From positions 11,088-75,087 of the forward strand of contig NZ_DATMGG010000184.1 of assembly GCF_035555815.1 (NCBI RefSeq): a stretch of DNA of 64,000 bases, in the 5' to 3' direction. The notes beneath the pieces were generated by a model, which made no database searches, was not told the DNA's origin, and worked only from the letters and a program-made list of their open reading frames with translations. This stretch comes from Sphingomonas sp. GTDB taxonomy: Bacteria > Pseudomonadota > Alphaproteobacteria > Sphingomonadales > Sphingomonadaceae. Positions within the stretch are counted from its first letter, which is position 1, and each line of letters opens with the position of its first letter. Of the stretch, positions 1 to 9,261 are shown in pieces. A program made the position numbers and the translations under genes.

Positions 1-602
1 CGGCCCCCAAGAAGAAGGGCGGCATCCTGAAACTGCTGATGATCGGTGGTGGCCTGATCGTGCTGGTCGGCGGCGGGGTCGGCGCGGGGCTCTATGCCTC
101 GTCGAGCGGCCTGGTCGGCGGCGGCCCCGGCGCCGCGCGCGACACCGGCCCGCGCCTGGTCCCCGCATCCGAGCAGAAGCGCGCATCGGCGGCCGGTGAG
201 GGTGGCGGCCACGGCGAGGGCGGCGGCGAAAGCGCCGGCGGCTCGCACGGCAGCGCTCCTCCGCCCGGCGAAGGCGGCGATCGCTACGCCTCCAACTATT
301 ACGCGATGGACAAGGAATTCACCGCCAATCTCAAGGAAAGCGTGCATTTCGTCCAGGTCGGCATCGCGGTGTCGACGCCCTATGACGATACCGTCATCGA
401 CAATCTCAAGACGCATGAGATCGCCGTCCGTTCGGCGGTGCTGATGGAGCTTGGCAACACCGATGAGGAGACGGTGTTCACCGAAGCGGGCAAGATCGGG
501 ATCCAGAAGCGGGTCGCCGCGTCGATCAACCGCGTTCTGAAGGAAAAATCGGGCTTCGGCGGGATTAGTAACGTCTACTTTACCAATTTCGTTGTTCAGT
601 GA
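1..602 (+). CDS. fliL: Flagellar basal body protein FliL (5' partial)
   Basis: Frame is open from the window edge (PKKKGGILKLLMIGGG); N-terminal TM segment; C-terminal VYFTNFVVQ typical of FliL; precedes fliM. Confidence 0.9.
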   Translation, partial: APKKKGGILKLLMIGGGLIVLVGGGVGAGLYASSSGLVGGGPGAARDTGPRLVPASEQKRASAAGEGGGHGEGGGESAGGSHGSAPPPGEGGDRYASNYYAMDKEFTANLKESVHFVQVGIAVSTPYDDTVIDNLKTHEIAVRSAVLMELGNTDEETVFTEAGKIGIQKRVAASINRVLKEKSGFGGISNVYFTNFVVQ

Positions 603-608
603 CCGGGC

Positions 609-1565
609 ATGGTTAACAGGACGGCAACCACGATGGACTCGGAACGGCGCGGGCGCGATCGCCCGACGGCGGAGCATGCGCCGTCGCTGGGGGCCGCCAA
701 TCTCAATCCGTTCGGCGATCTGCACACCGTCCAGCATCTGTCGGCGCGGCTGGCGCGGACGCTGCGTGGCGTGTTCGAGCCGGTGCTGCGCAGCCACGTC
801 CGCGCCTGGGCCGAGCCGCTGGTCGTCCAGCGGTTCGCCGATTACGCCGCCGAACGCCCCAACGTCCTCACCGCGTGGCTGCCGCTGGCGATGACGCCGG
901 GCAGCGCCCGCGCGCTGATCGTGCTCGACGGCGGTTTCGTGCTCGAGGCGCTCGATCTCTATTTCGGCGGCGCCGGCGATCGGCCCAAGCCGCTGCCCGG
1001 CGAGTTCACCCCGGCGGCGGAGGCGATGATCGTCCGCATCGGCCAGATGATCGCCGAACCGCTGACCAGCGCGTGGGAGCCGCTGGCGCGCCTTGGTTTC
1101 GCGCCCGGCCATCCCGAGGCGAGCTCGGCGATGATCCAGGGCGTCGACGGCGACGATGCGATGGTGGTGACCCGTTTCGGGGTCGCGGCGGGGGACAGCG
1201 CGCCGGTGTTCGTCGATATCGTCTATCCGGTCGCCGCGCTGAAGCCGTTCGCCCCCACGCTCACCGGCAAGCTGGTCCATGGCCACGCCACCGCGGTCGC
1301 GCCGAAATGGCAGGCCGGCCTGACCCGCGCCGCGATGAGCGTCCGCTTTCCGGTCCGCTCGGTGCTGGCCGAGCCGGTGATATCGCTCGCGCAGCTCATG
1401 GAGCTGAAGGTCGGCGACGTCGTGCCGGTCAATTTCGGCGCCGAAGTGCCGATCATGGTCAGCAACGATCGTCTCGGCACCGGCCTGGTCGGCACCTCCA
1501 ACGGTCGCGCCGCCATTCGCATCACCCAACTTAATCGTCTCGACGAAGAGGACGCAGACCAATGA
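609..1565 (+). CDS. fliM: Flagellar motor switch protein FliM
   Basis: C-terminal SpoA domain (LMELKVGDVVP...G..NGRAAIRI); lies between fliL and fliN. Confidence 0.85.
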   Translation: MVNRTATTMDSERRGRDRPTAEHAPSLGAANLNPFGDLHTVQHLSARLARTLRGVFEPVLRSHVRAWAEPLVVQRFADYAAERPNVLTAWLPLAMTPGSARALIVLDGGFVLEALDLYFGGAGDRPKPLPGEFTPAAEAMIVRIGQMIAEPLTSAWEPLARLGFAPGHPEASSAMIQGVDGDDAMVVTRFGVAAGDSAPVFVDIVYPVAALKPFAPTLTGKLVHGHATAVAPKWQAGLTRAAMSVRFPVRSVLAEPVISLAQLMELKVGDVVPVNFGAEVPIMVSNDRLGTGLVGTSNGRAAIRITQLNRLDEEDADQ

Positions 1566-1861
1566 ACGACATGTCCGGCGGAGCCCCGGTCGACGCATCG
1601 GTGGCCGCCAATTTCCGGCTGCTCCAGGACGTCGACGTCAAGCTGACGGTCGAGATCGGATCGACCTCGCTCACCCTGCGCGAACTGCTCGCGCTGGGCG
1701 AATCGAGCGTGATCGAGCTTGATCGCCACGCCAACGAACTGCTGGACGTGCTGGTCAACGGCACGCTGATCGGGCGCGGCGAAGTGGTCACCGTCGGCGA
1801 CAAGTTCGGCGTGCGGATGACCGAACTGGTCAGCCCCGATAAGCGGGCGTCGCGCCAATGA
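1562..1861 (+). CDS. fliN: Flagellar motor switch protein FliN
   Basis: LLQDVDVKLTVEIG...LVNGTLIGRGEVVTVGDKFGVR signature. Confidence 0.95.
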   Translation: MNDMSGGAPVDASVAANFRLLQDVDVKLTVEIGSTSLTLRELLALGESSVIELDRHANELLDVLVNGTLIGRGEVVTVGDKFGVRMTELVSPDKRASRQ

Positions 1862-2121
1862 TGTGGGGGTATATCCTCAAGCTGGTCGTGTTGCTGCCGC
1901 TCGTCTGCGGCCTGCTGATCGGCTGCCTCTACCTGTGGCGCCGGCTGGAAGCGCGGATGCCCGGCAACCAGGGCGAGCGGCTGCTCAAGGTGCGTGAGAC
2001 GATGATGATCTCCCCCGGCCTGCGCTTGGCGGTGCTCGATTTCGAGGGCAATCGCCTGCTCGTCTCGGTCGGCCGCGGCGGCGTCAACCTGATCGACAAG
2101 GCACCGGGCCAACAGCCGTGA
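1858..2121 (+). CDS. fliO: Flagellar biosynthesis protein FliO
   Basis: Single N-terminal TM plus short beta domain (RLAVLDFEGNRLLVSVG); lies between fliN and fliP. Confidence 0.8.
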   Translation: MMWGYILKLVVLLPLVCGLLIGCLYLWRRLEARMPGNQGERLLKVRETMMISPGLRLAVLDFEGNRLLVSVGRGGVNLIDKAPGQQP

Positions 2122-2954
2122 CCATCAATGATTTCCTGCCCAGCACCCGGAGCAATTCGGGCCGGACGTTCCGCGCGCTGATCGTCGTGCTGGCGATCAT
2201 GACGGCGGCGCTGATCGCCTTCCCGGCCTTTGCGCAGGGCCTGCCCCCGGTTCCGGCCCCGGTCGCGCCGGGCGTCGGCGACGCGGTCGATCGCGCGCTG
2301 GGCGATCTCGGCGGCGGCAACGCCCCGCTCAGCCTGTCGCTGCAGATCCTCATCATCATGGGGCTGCTCACGGTCCTGCCCAGCATCCTGCTGATGATGA
2401 CCAGCTTCACCCGGATCGTGATCGTGCTGGCGATCCTGCGCCAGGCGATGGGGCTCCAGCAATCACCGCCCAATCAGGTGCTGATCGGGCTGGCGCTGTT
2501 CCTCAGCTTCTTCGTGATGTCGCCGGTGATCTCGGACATCAACACCCAGGCGATCCAGCCCTATTCCGAAGGCAGGATCGGCGCGACCCAGATGATCGAG
2601 ACGGCCGGAAAGCCGCTCCACGCCTTCATGGTCAAGCAGACGCGGGTCAAGGACGTGACGATGTTCGCCGGCATGGCGAAGAGCGGCCCGTATGCCGATA
2701 CCGCCGACGTGCCGTTCTCGGTGCTGCTGCCCGCGTTCGTCACCAGCGAGCTGAAGACCGCGTTCCAGATCGGCTTCCTCATCTTCCTGCCGTTCATCGT
2801 CATCGATCTCGTCGTGGCCACGGTGCTGATGTCGTTGGGCATGATGATGCTCAGTCCACAGATCATATCCCTGCCGTTCAAGCTGCTGCTGTTCGTGCTG
2901 GTCGACGGCTGGGCGCTGACGATGGGCAGCCTCGCCAATAGTTTCGTGAGTTGA
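2118..2954 (+). CDS. fliP: Flagellar export apparatus protein FliP
   Basis: MMTSFTRIVIVL..LRQAMG.QQSPPNQ, SELKTAFQIGF and LPFKLLLFVLVDGW motifs. Confidence 0.97.
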   Translation: MTINDFLPSTRSNSGRTFRALIVVLAIMTAALIAFPAFAQGLPPVPAPVAPGVGDAVDRALGDLGGGNAPLSLSLQILIIMGLLTVLPSILLMMTSFTRIVIVLAILRQAMGLQQSPPNQVLIGLALFLSFFVMSPVISDINTQAIQPYSEGRIGATQMIETAGKPLHAFMVKQTRVKDVTMFAGMAKSGPYADTADVPFSVLLPAFVTSELKTAFQIGFLIFLPFIVIDLVVATVLMSLGMMMLSPQIISLPFKLLLFVLVDGWALTMGSLANSFVS

Positions 2955-2974
2955 GGCTCGTGATTCCTCCACAA

Positions 2975-3065
2975 CCGTTCGTGCTGAGCTTGTCGAAGCA
3001 CCGCCCTTCTTTTGCGCGCGCCGGTTTGAAGAAGGACGGCCCTTCGACAAGCTCAGGGCGAACGG
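2975..3065. repeat. REP-like palindromic doublet, family A (copy 1, fliP-fliQ intergenic)
   Basis: CCGTTCGTGCTGAGCTTGTCGAAGCAC ... GCCCTTCGACAAGCTCAGGGCGAACGG, 91 bp. Confidence 0.92.
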
Positions 3066-3080
3066 GGCGGGACTCCTGAC

Positions 3081-3350
3081 ATGGACGCCGACTATTTCCT
3101 GACCGTCGCGCGGGAGGCGATGTGGGTGCTGGCGCTGGCTGCCGCGCCGATCCTGATCCCGGCGCTGCTGTCGGGCCTGATCCTCGGCATGATCCAGGCG
3201 GCGACGTCGATCAACGAGCAGACGTTGAGCTTCGTGCCCAAGCTGATCGTGGTCGCGGTGTCGCTGGTGGTGTTCGGCGCGATGATCCTCGGGCTGCTGA
3301 GCGACTTCACCGTCAGCATCTTCGAACGCATCCCGGATCTGGTGAAATAG
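3081..3350 (+). CDS. fliQ: Flagellar export protein FliQ
   Basis: QAATSINEQTLSFVPK motif. Confidence 0.97.
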   Translation: MDADYFLTVAREAMWVLALAAAPILIPALLSGLILGMIQAATSINEQTLSFVPKLIVVAVSLVVFGAMILGLLSDFTVSIFERIPDLVK

Positions 3351-3356
3351 CCGGTG

Positions 3357-4127
3357 ATGGGCTTCGGCCTCGCGATCGAGCCGCAGCTGTGGACGCTGCT
3401 GTTCTGCATGGTGCGCGTCGGCGCGGCGTTCGTCGCTGCGCCGGTGTTCAGCGCGGTCGCGGTGCCGCTGCCCGTACGGATCACGCTGGCCGGGGCGATC
3501 GGCGTGCTGGTGATGAACGTCACCCCCATCCACGCCCCCGAACATATCTTCGCCATCACCACCTTCCTGGCGATCGCGGCGGAGCTGCTGGTCGGCCTCG
3601 CGCTCGGCTTCGTGCTCCAGATCGCCTTCGCCGCGCCGCTGGTCGCAGGCGAACTGATCGGCGCGTCGATGGGCATCGGCTTCGCCAACCAGATCGATCC
3701 GCAACACGGCACCTCCACCCCCGCGCTCGGCAATTTCCTGTCGATCCTGCTGACGCTGCTGTTCCTGTCGGTCGACGGCCATCTCGTGCTCGTCGATCTG
3801 GTGGTGCGCAGCTATGAGGCGCTGCCGCCCGGTGCGGAGTGGCTGGCGCCGGCGCGGCTGATGAACATCGCGATGTTCGGCGGCTATGCGATGCTCGCCG
3901 GGCTGCTGCTCGCCCTGCCGGTCGGCTTCCTGCTGCTGTGTCTCAACCTCGTCGTCGGCATGCTGTCGCGCTCGGCGCCGGCGCTCAATCTGTTCGCGGT
4001 CGGGCTGCCGGCCAGCCTTGCGGTCGGCGTGATCGCGCTGTTCATCGCATTGCCGGTGATGGGCGATTACATGCAGGTCATCATCCGCGAGGGTCTCGAC
4101 ATGGCCGCCAAGCTGGTGCTCGGCTGA
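3357..4127 (+). CDS. fliR: Flagellar export protein FliR
   Basis: Hydrophobic; AGELIG..MG.GFA..IDP, DGHL and R.APALNLFAVG motifs. Confidence 0.95.
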   Translation: MGFGLAIEPQLWTLLFCMVRVGAAFVAAPVFSAVAVPLPVRITLAGAIGVLVMNVTPIHAPEHIFAITTFLAIAAELLVGLALGFVLQIAFAAPLVAGELIGASMGIGFANQIDPQHGTSTPALGNFLSILLTLLFLSVDGHLVLVDLVVRSYEALPPGAEWLAPARLMNIAMFGGYAMLAGLLLALPVGFLLLCLNLVVGMLSRSAPALNLFAVGLPASLAVGVIALFIALPVMGDYMQVIIREGLDMAAKLVLG

Positions 4128-5257
4128 TGTCGGATAACGAACGGACGGAAGCCCCAACACCCAAGCGCCTGCAAAAGGCGCGGGATGAGGGCGATGTCCT
4201 GCGCAGCCGCGAATTCGCGTCGGCGCTGGTGATCCTGATCGGCTGCGGCTGGATGGTGTTCTTCGGCCCCGGCCTGCTGGCGGCGTGCCGTCACGTGATG
4301 ACCGCCAGCTTCTCGTTCGGCCGCGACGACGTCGAGCATTTCGAGCCGTTCCGCCCGCTGGCGGAGGCGGGGTGGACGCTGGCGCCGTCGATGGGCGTGC
4401 TGTTCGCGGTGGCGGTGGCGGCGGCGATCCTCAGCCAGGCGGGGCTGGGCGCGCTGACCTTCAATCCCAAGAACCTCGGCTTCAAGCCGAACAAGCTCAA
4501 CCCGGCCAAGGGTCTCAAGCGGATCTTCGGCGCCAACGGCTGGATCGAACTGGTCAAGTCGCTGCTCAAGGTGGTGCTGCTGGGGTCGATCGGCGTGTGG
4601 ATGCTATGGCGCACCGCGCACGGATCGATGGGGCTGGTCTCGACCGACCTCAATCGCGCGCTGGGCACGCTCGGCGACAGTTTCCTGACCCTGCTGTTCG
4701 CGATGGCGGGCGGGCTGGTGGTGATCGCCGGCATCGACGTGCCGGTCCAGGCGATCCGCCGGATGAAGAACCTCAAGATGAGCCATCAGGAGATCAAGGA
4801 CGAGCACAAGGAGAGCGAAGGCTCGCCCGAGGTCAAGTCCGCGATCCGCGCCCGCCAGCGCGAGATCCTCAAGCGCAATTTCCGCAAGGCGGTGGCGGAG
4901 GCGCATGTCGTGCTGACCAACCCGACCCATTTCGCCGTGGCGCTGCGCTATGACCGGTTCAACGATCAGGTGCCGGTGGTGGTCGCCAAGGGCCGCGGCG
5001 ACACCGCGCTGGCGATCCGCGAACTGGCGGCGGAGATGGCGGTGCCGGTGCTCGAATATCCGACGCTGGCCCGCGCGGTCTATTACACCAGCAAGGAAGG
5101 GCAGGAGGTCCGCGACGATCTCTATCTGGCGATCGCGACGGTGCTGGCGTTCGTGTTCGGCCTCAATGCCGAAGCGGGCGGCACGCAGCCCAACGTCGCC
5201 GTGCCGGAGACCGCGCGCTTCGATGAAAACGGGCGGAAAAACCCCACGATCCACTAA
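4127..5257 (+). CDS. flhB: Flagellar export protein FlhB
   Basis: RTEAPTPKRL..AR.EG N-terminus; NPTH autocleavage motif; ATG overlaps the fliR stop. Confidence 0.96.
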   Translation: MSDNERTEAPTPKRLQKARDEGDVLRSREFASALVILIGCGWMVFFGPGLLAACRHVMTASFSFGRDDVEHFEPFRPLAEAGWTLAPSMGVLFAVAVAAAILSQAGLGALTFNPKNLGFKPNKLNPAKGLKRIFGANGWIELVKSLLKVVLLGSIGVWMLWRTAHGSMGLVSTDLNRALGTLGDSFLTLLFAMAGGLVVIAGIDVPVQAIRRMKNLKMSHQEIKDEHKESEGSPEVKSAIRARQREILKRNFRKAVAEAHVVLTNPTHFAVALRYDRFNDQVPVVVAKGRGDTALAIRELAAEMAVPVLEYPTLARAVYYTSKEGQEVRDDLYLAIATVLAFVFGLNAEAGGTQPNVAVPETARFDENGRKNPTIH

Positions 5258-5281
5258 ATTTCCGCCGCGCGCGGTCGCTCT
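5255..5281 (+). promoter_or_regulatory. Possible sigma-28 (FliA) promoter for fliD-fliS
   Basis: TAAA-N15-GTCGCTCT; the -10 matches GCCGATAA only partly; position fits a late flagellar gene. Confidence 0.3.
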
Positions 5282-5301
5282 ATTCCTAGAGGGAGACGGT
5301 G

Positions 5302-6678
5302 ATGGTCGATTCGATTGCCAAGACGCTCGGCGCCGGATCGGGCATCGACATCCAGGCGCTGGTGACGTCGCTGGTCGACGCGCAATATGCCAGCAAGACC
5401 CAGCTCTACGACAAGCGCGATGAGACGCTGACCGCACAGGTCTCCGCCGTGTCGCAACTCAAGAGCGGTATCACCGGCTTCAACACCGCCTTGCAGTCGC
5501 TGGTGCGCGGTGGCTCACTGTCGACCCAGCCGACCAGCGCCAACACCGGCATCGTCCAGGTCAGCGCAATCGCCGGGGCCAAGGTCGGCACGGTGTCGAG
5601 CAGCGTCGAGGTGCGCGCGCTGGCGTCGGCGCAGGTCGCCAACACCGCCGTGGCGCTGCCCGCCGGCGCGCATGTCGGCACCGGCACGCTGCAATTCGCC
5701 TTCGCCGACGGCACCAGCGTCGCCCCGATCGCGATCGGGGCCGGCGACGCGACGCTGTCCGGCATCGCGGCCAAAATCAACGCCGCCGGCATCGGCGTCA
5801 CCGCGTCGGTGGTGAGCGACGTCAACGGCGAGCGGCTGGTGATGAAGGGCGCGAGCGGCGAGGCCAAGGCGTTCACCGTCACCGCGACCGAAACCGCCGG
5901 CGATGAAGGGCTGGCCGCGCTCAACGTCGGCAATGGTGCCACGGGCACCCAGATTTCCACCGCCGCCGCCGACGCGCGCGTCGCGATCGACGGCGTCGAG
6001 GTGCGGCGCGCGACCAACACGATCACCGATCTGATCCCCGGCGTGCGGCTCGATCTGCAATCGGCGGCGGTCGGTACGCGGGTAGCGATCGGCAGCACGC
6101 CGTCCACCGCCGCGCTCAACCAGGCGGTCAACGACGTCGTCGCCACCTACAACGAATTGTACGCGATGCTGAAGGAAGCGACCGACCCGGTGAACGGCGC
6201 GCTCGCGCACGATCCGGCCGCGCGTACCATGCTGACCCAGCTGCGCCAGATGACCACATCCAACCTGACCGGCAAGACCGATGGCAGCCCGGCCAGCCTG
6301 GCGTCGATCGGCGTTGTCACCAACCGCGACGGCACATTGAGCGTCGATGCGGCCAAGCTGACCGCCCAGCTCGCCAAGGCGCCTGACGCGATCGAGGCGA
6401 TGTTCTCCGATCCCGGCAACGGCACCGGCCTGTCGTCGGCGCTCAACAAGATCACCATTGCGGTCACCAGCTCGAAAACCGGATTGGGCGCCGCGGCGAC
6501 CCGCTACGCCAAGGCGCAGAGCGCGCTGGCCGAGGCCAAGGACAAGCTGGCCGACGCCGAGGAGCAGACCCGCACCCGGCTGACCCAGCAGTTCGGTAAC
6601 ATGGATGCGCGGGTCGCGGCCTATAAGAGCACCCAGGCGTTTCTGGAGCAGCAGATCGCCGTGTGGAACGCGCAGTAA
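5302..6678 (+). CDS. fliD: Flagellar filament cap protein FliD
   Basis: GSGIDI..LV..LV N-terminus; A.DA...IDGV...R.TNTI.DLIPGV.L.L; C-terminal RL..QF..MD. Confidence 0.93.
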   Translation: MVDSIAKTLGAGSGIDIQALVTSLVDAQYASKTQLYDKRDETLTAQVSAVSQLKSGITGFNTALQSLVRGGSLSTQPTSANTGIVQVSAIAGAKVGTVSSSVEVRALASAQVANTAVALPAGAHVGTGTLQFAFADGTSVAPIAIGAGDATLSGIAAKINAAGIGVTASVVSDVNGERLVMKGASGEAKAFTVTATETAGDEGLAALNVGNGATGTQISTAAADARVAIDGVEVRRATNTITDLIPGVRLDLQSAAVGTRVAIGSTPSTAALNQAVNDVVATYNELYAMLKEATDPVNGALAHDPAARTMLTQLRQMTTSNLTGKTDGSPASLASIGVVTNRDGTLSVDAAKLTAQLAKAPDAIEAMFSDPGNGTGLSSALNKITIAVTSSKTGLGAAATRYAKAQSALAEAKDKLADAEEQTRTRLTQQFGNMDARVAAYKSTQAFLEQQIAVWNAQ

Positions 6679-6684
6679 GCGAAG

Positions 6685-7080
6685 ATGCGCTACGCCACCG
6701 CCTTTGCCCGTCCCGACGCCACCTATCGCGCGATCGACCTTGCCGGCCGCACCGGCGGCGAGGATCCGGCGGGCCTGGTCGCGCTGCTCTATACCGAGGC
6801 GTCGCGGGCGCTGCGCACCGCCGCCTGGGCGGCCGAAAATCGCCGCTTCGACGTCAAGAGCGAGCGGGTGACCCGCGCCCTGTCGATCCTGTTCGCGCTG
6901 GAAGGTGGGCTGGACTTCGATCGTGGCGGCGAAGTGTCGAAGACGCTGGCCCGAGTCTATCAGGGCGCGCGCACCGAGCTGGTCGAGGCGAGCCTCGGCA
7001 CCGATTCGCGCCGTTTCGTCACGATCGCCGAGACGATCGACGAGATCGCCGCCGCGTGGGAAACCGCGCGCCGATCGTGA
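6685..7080 (+). CDS. fliS: Flagellin chaperone FliS
   Basis: P..LV.LLY, LDFDRGGEVS..L..VY and I..AW motifs; follows fliD. Confidence 0.9.
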   Translation: MRYATAFARPDATYRAIDLAGRTGGEDPAGLVALLYTEASRALRTAAWAAENRRFDVKSERVTRALSILFALEGGLDFDRGGEVSKTLARVYQGARTELVEASLGTDSRRFVTIAETIDEIAAAWETARRS

Positions 7081-7132
7081 CGGCGTCGAGCGCGCTGGCG
7101 AACCGCGGCGGCTTCGACTATCCGGGCGTGGC

Positions 7133-7669
7133 ATGAGCCAGCCACATATCGTCGCTCTGGGGGGCACCACCCGCACCGAATCCTCGACCGGCCGCACGCT
7201 GGCGGCGGCGCTGCGCATCGCCGAAGGGCTGGGCGCGCGCACCACGCTGCTGACCGGCGACGCGATCGATTTCCCCAACTATGATCCGGCGGGCAACGCC
7301 GCCGGCGACCAGGTCGACCGGTTTCTGGCGGCGCTGCGCGACGCCGACGGCATCATCCTGGGGTCGCCGGGCTATCACGGCACCTTTTCCGGGCTGGTCA
7401 AGAACGCGCTCGACCATGTCGAGCTGATGGCCAACGACGAGCGCCCCTATTTCACCGGGATGCCGGTCGGCCAGATCGCGATCGCGGCGGGCTGGCAGGC
7501 GGCGGTGTCGACGCTCACCGGGCTGCGGACGATCACCCACGCGCTGCGCGGCTGGCCGACTCCGCTGGGGGTGGCGATCAACTCGATCGAACCCGATTCG
7601 ATCGCGCGCGCGGAACCGCAGATCGCGCTGATGGTCGGCCAGATGCTCGATTTCCTGTCGCGGCGTTAA
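7133..7669 (+). CDS. NADPH-dependent FMN reductase
   Basis: GGTTR..SST; ADGIILGSPGYHGTFSGLVKNALD flavodoxin-fold motif. Confidence 0.9.
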   Translation: MSQPHIVALGGTTRTESSTGRTLAAALRIAEGLGARTTLLTGDAIDFPNYDPAGNAAGDQVDRFLAALRDADGIILGSPGYHGTFSGLVKNALDHVELMANDERPYFTGMPVGQIAIAAGWQAAVSTLTGLRTITHALRGWPTPLGVAINSIEPDSIARAEPQIALMVGQMLDFLSRR

Positions 7670-7705
7670 CCAGATCGTGAGCCCCCGGCGCTATATGCCG
7701 GGGCG

Positions 7706-8278
7706 ATGGAGATTTCGCGCACCCGCACGATCCTGGCGGTCGATGACAGCCGGACCAACCTCAACGTGCTCGGTGCGCGGCTGGGGCGGCTGGGCTATCT
7801 GATGATGCTGTCGGGCAGCGGGCGCGAGGCGCTTGATCTGATCGCGGCGCGCGGCATCGACCTTGTCCTGCTCGACATGGTGATGCCCGATGTCAGCGGG
7901 CTCGACGTGCTCACCGACGTGCGCGCCACCCCGGAAACCGCCGAACTGCCGATCATCATGGTCACCAGCCGCAGCGAGCCGCAGGCGGCGGTCGAGGCGC
8001 TGGCCGCCGGCGCCGACGACTGGATCGCCAAGCCGTTCGCGTTCGAGGTGCTCGCCGCGCGGATCGAACGCACGCTCGAGCGGTCGCGCCGGCTGGGCGA
8101 GCTCAAGCGGGCCAACGCTGCGCTCGACGCCCGCATCGCCGCGCGCGCGATCGAGCTGGGCGAAATGCGCGCCGAACTGGCATCGAGCCAGGCCGACCGC
8201 AGCCGCCTGATCGCCTCGATCCACGCGCTGCACGGCGAGATCGACCGGCTGAGCCCAGGGTCGATTCGGCGGGGCTGA
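7706..8278 (+). CDS. Response regulator (receiver domain plus coiled-coil tail)
   Basis: ILAVDD, LLDMVMP, IIMVT, GADDWIAKPF; helical C-terminus. Confidence 0.88.
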   Translation: MEISRTRTILAVDDSRTNLNVLGARLGRLGYLMMLSGSGREALDLIAARGIDLVLLDMVMPDVSGLDVLTDVRATPETAELPIIMVTSRSEPQAAVEALAAGADDWIAKPFAFEVLAARIERTLERSRRLGELKRANAALDARIAARAIELGEMRAELASSQADRSRLIASIHALHGEIDRLSPGSIRRG

Positions 8279-8316
8279 ACCCGCATCCACGTCCGCAGAT
8301 CAAGTCTTCCGCGGCG

Positions 8317-9261
8317 TTACCGCGTCCAGTGGCGCCAGATGAAATAGGCGGTGATCCCCACCGCGATCAGCGCGCAGATCGCCGAAATCGCGTCGAACGC
8401 CCACGGCTCCTGCGCATAGGGCAGACCGTGGACGTTCATCCCGTACAGCCCGGTGATGAAGGTCAGCGGCAGGAACACCATCGCCGCGATCGCGATGATC
8501 AGGCTGCGCTGGTCGATCAGTTCGGCGCGCAGGTCGGTCAGCGACTCATGGGTCAGCCCGGCGCGCTCGCGGATCGACTCGACCTCCTCGGCCATGCGCG
8601 CGGCGCGATCGGCGGCGGTGGCGAGGTGCTGGCGGTCGTCGTCGTGCAGCCACGCGCACGGTAAAGCCGCCAGCTTGTCGAGCGCGGCGCGCTGCGGGAA
8701 CAGGAAGCGGCGGTACTGGATCGCCTCGCTGCGCACGCGCGCGACGCGGCGGCGCAGCTCGAACGCGTTGCTCGCCTCGATCGCGCTCTCGCACTCGTCG
8801 AGCTGGTCGCCCAGGTCGGCGACGATCGGATCCAGCTCGGCGGTGATCGCGATCGCGAATTCGGCGATCAGGTCGCCGGGATCGGCGACGCCGCCGGCCT
8901 TGACCAGCGCCTTGACCTCGCCCAGCGCATTGAGCGCGCGGCGGGTGACCGAATAGACCCGCCCGGCCAGCGCATAGATGCGGACCGATGCCAGCTCGTT
9001 CAACGCCGGATCGGGTGAGGGGCCGCGCAGGTTGATGAAGGCGCCGGCGCCCATCTGGTCGCAGCGCGGCCGCGATTCGACCGCGGTCAGCGCATCGATC
9101 ACATAGTCGGGCAGCCCGGCCGCGCCGCCCAGCCAGCGTTGCGCCTCCTCGTCGTTGACCGTCAGATGGACCCACACCAGCCCCGCGCTATGCTCCGGCG
9201 CCTCGCCCAGCGGCAATTCGGTGGCGACGCCGCCCTCGACCGCGAAGGCGAAACCGCTCAC
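8317..9261 (-). CDS. CorA/ZntB family divalent cation transporter
   Basis: FLPLTFITGLYGMNV signature; two C-terminal TM helices. Confidence 0.9.
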   Translation of the reverse strand: MSGFAFAVEGGVATELPLGEAPEHSAGLVWVHLTVNDEEAQRWLGGAAGLPDYVIDALTAVESRPRCDQMGAGAFINLRGPSPDPALNELASVRIYALAGRVYSVTRRALNALGEVKALVKAGGVADPGDLIAEFAIAITAELDPIVADLGDQLDECESAIEASNAFELRRRVARVRSEAIQYRRFLFPQRAALDKLAALPCAWLHDDDRQHLATAADRAARMAEEVESIRERAGLTHESLTDLRAELIDQRSLIIAIAAMVFLPLTFITGLYGMNVHGLPYAQEPWAFDAISAICALIAVGITAYFIWRHWTR

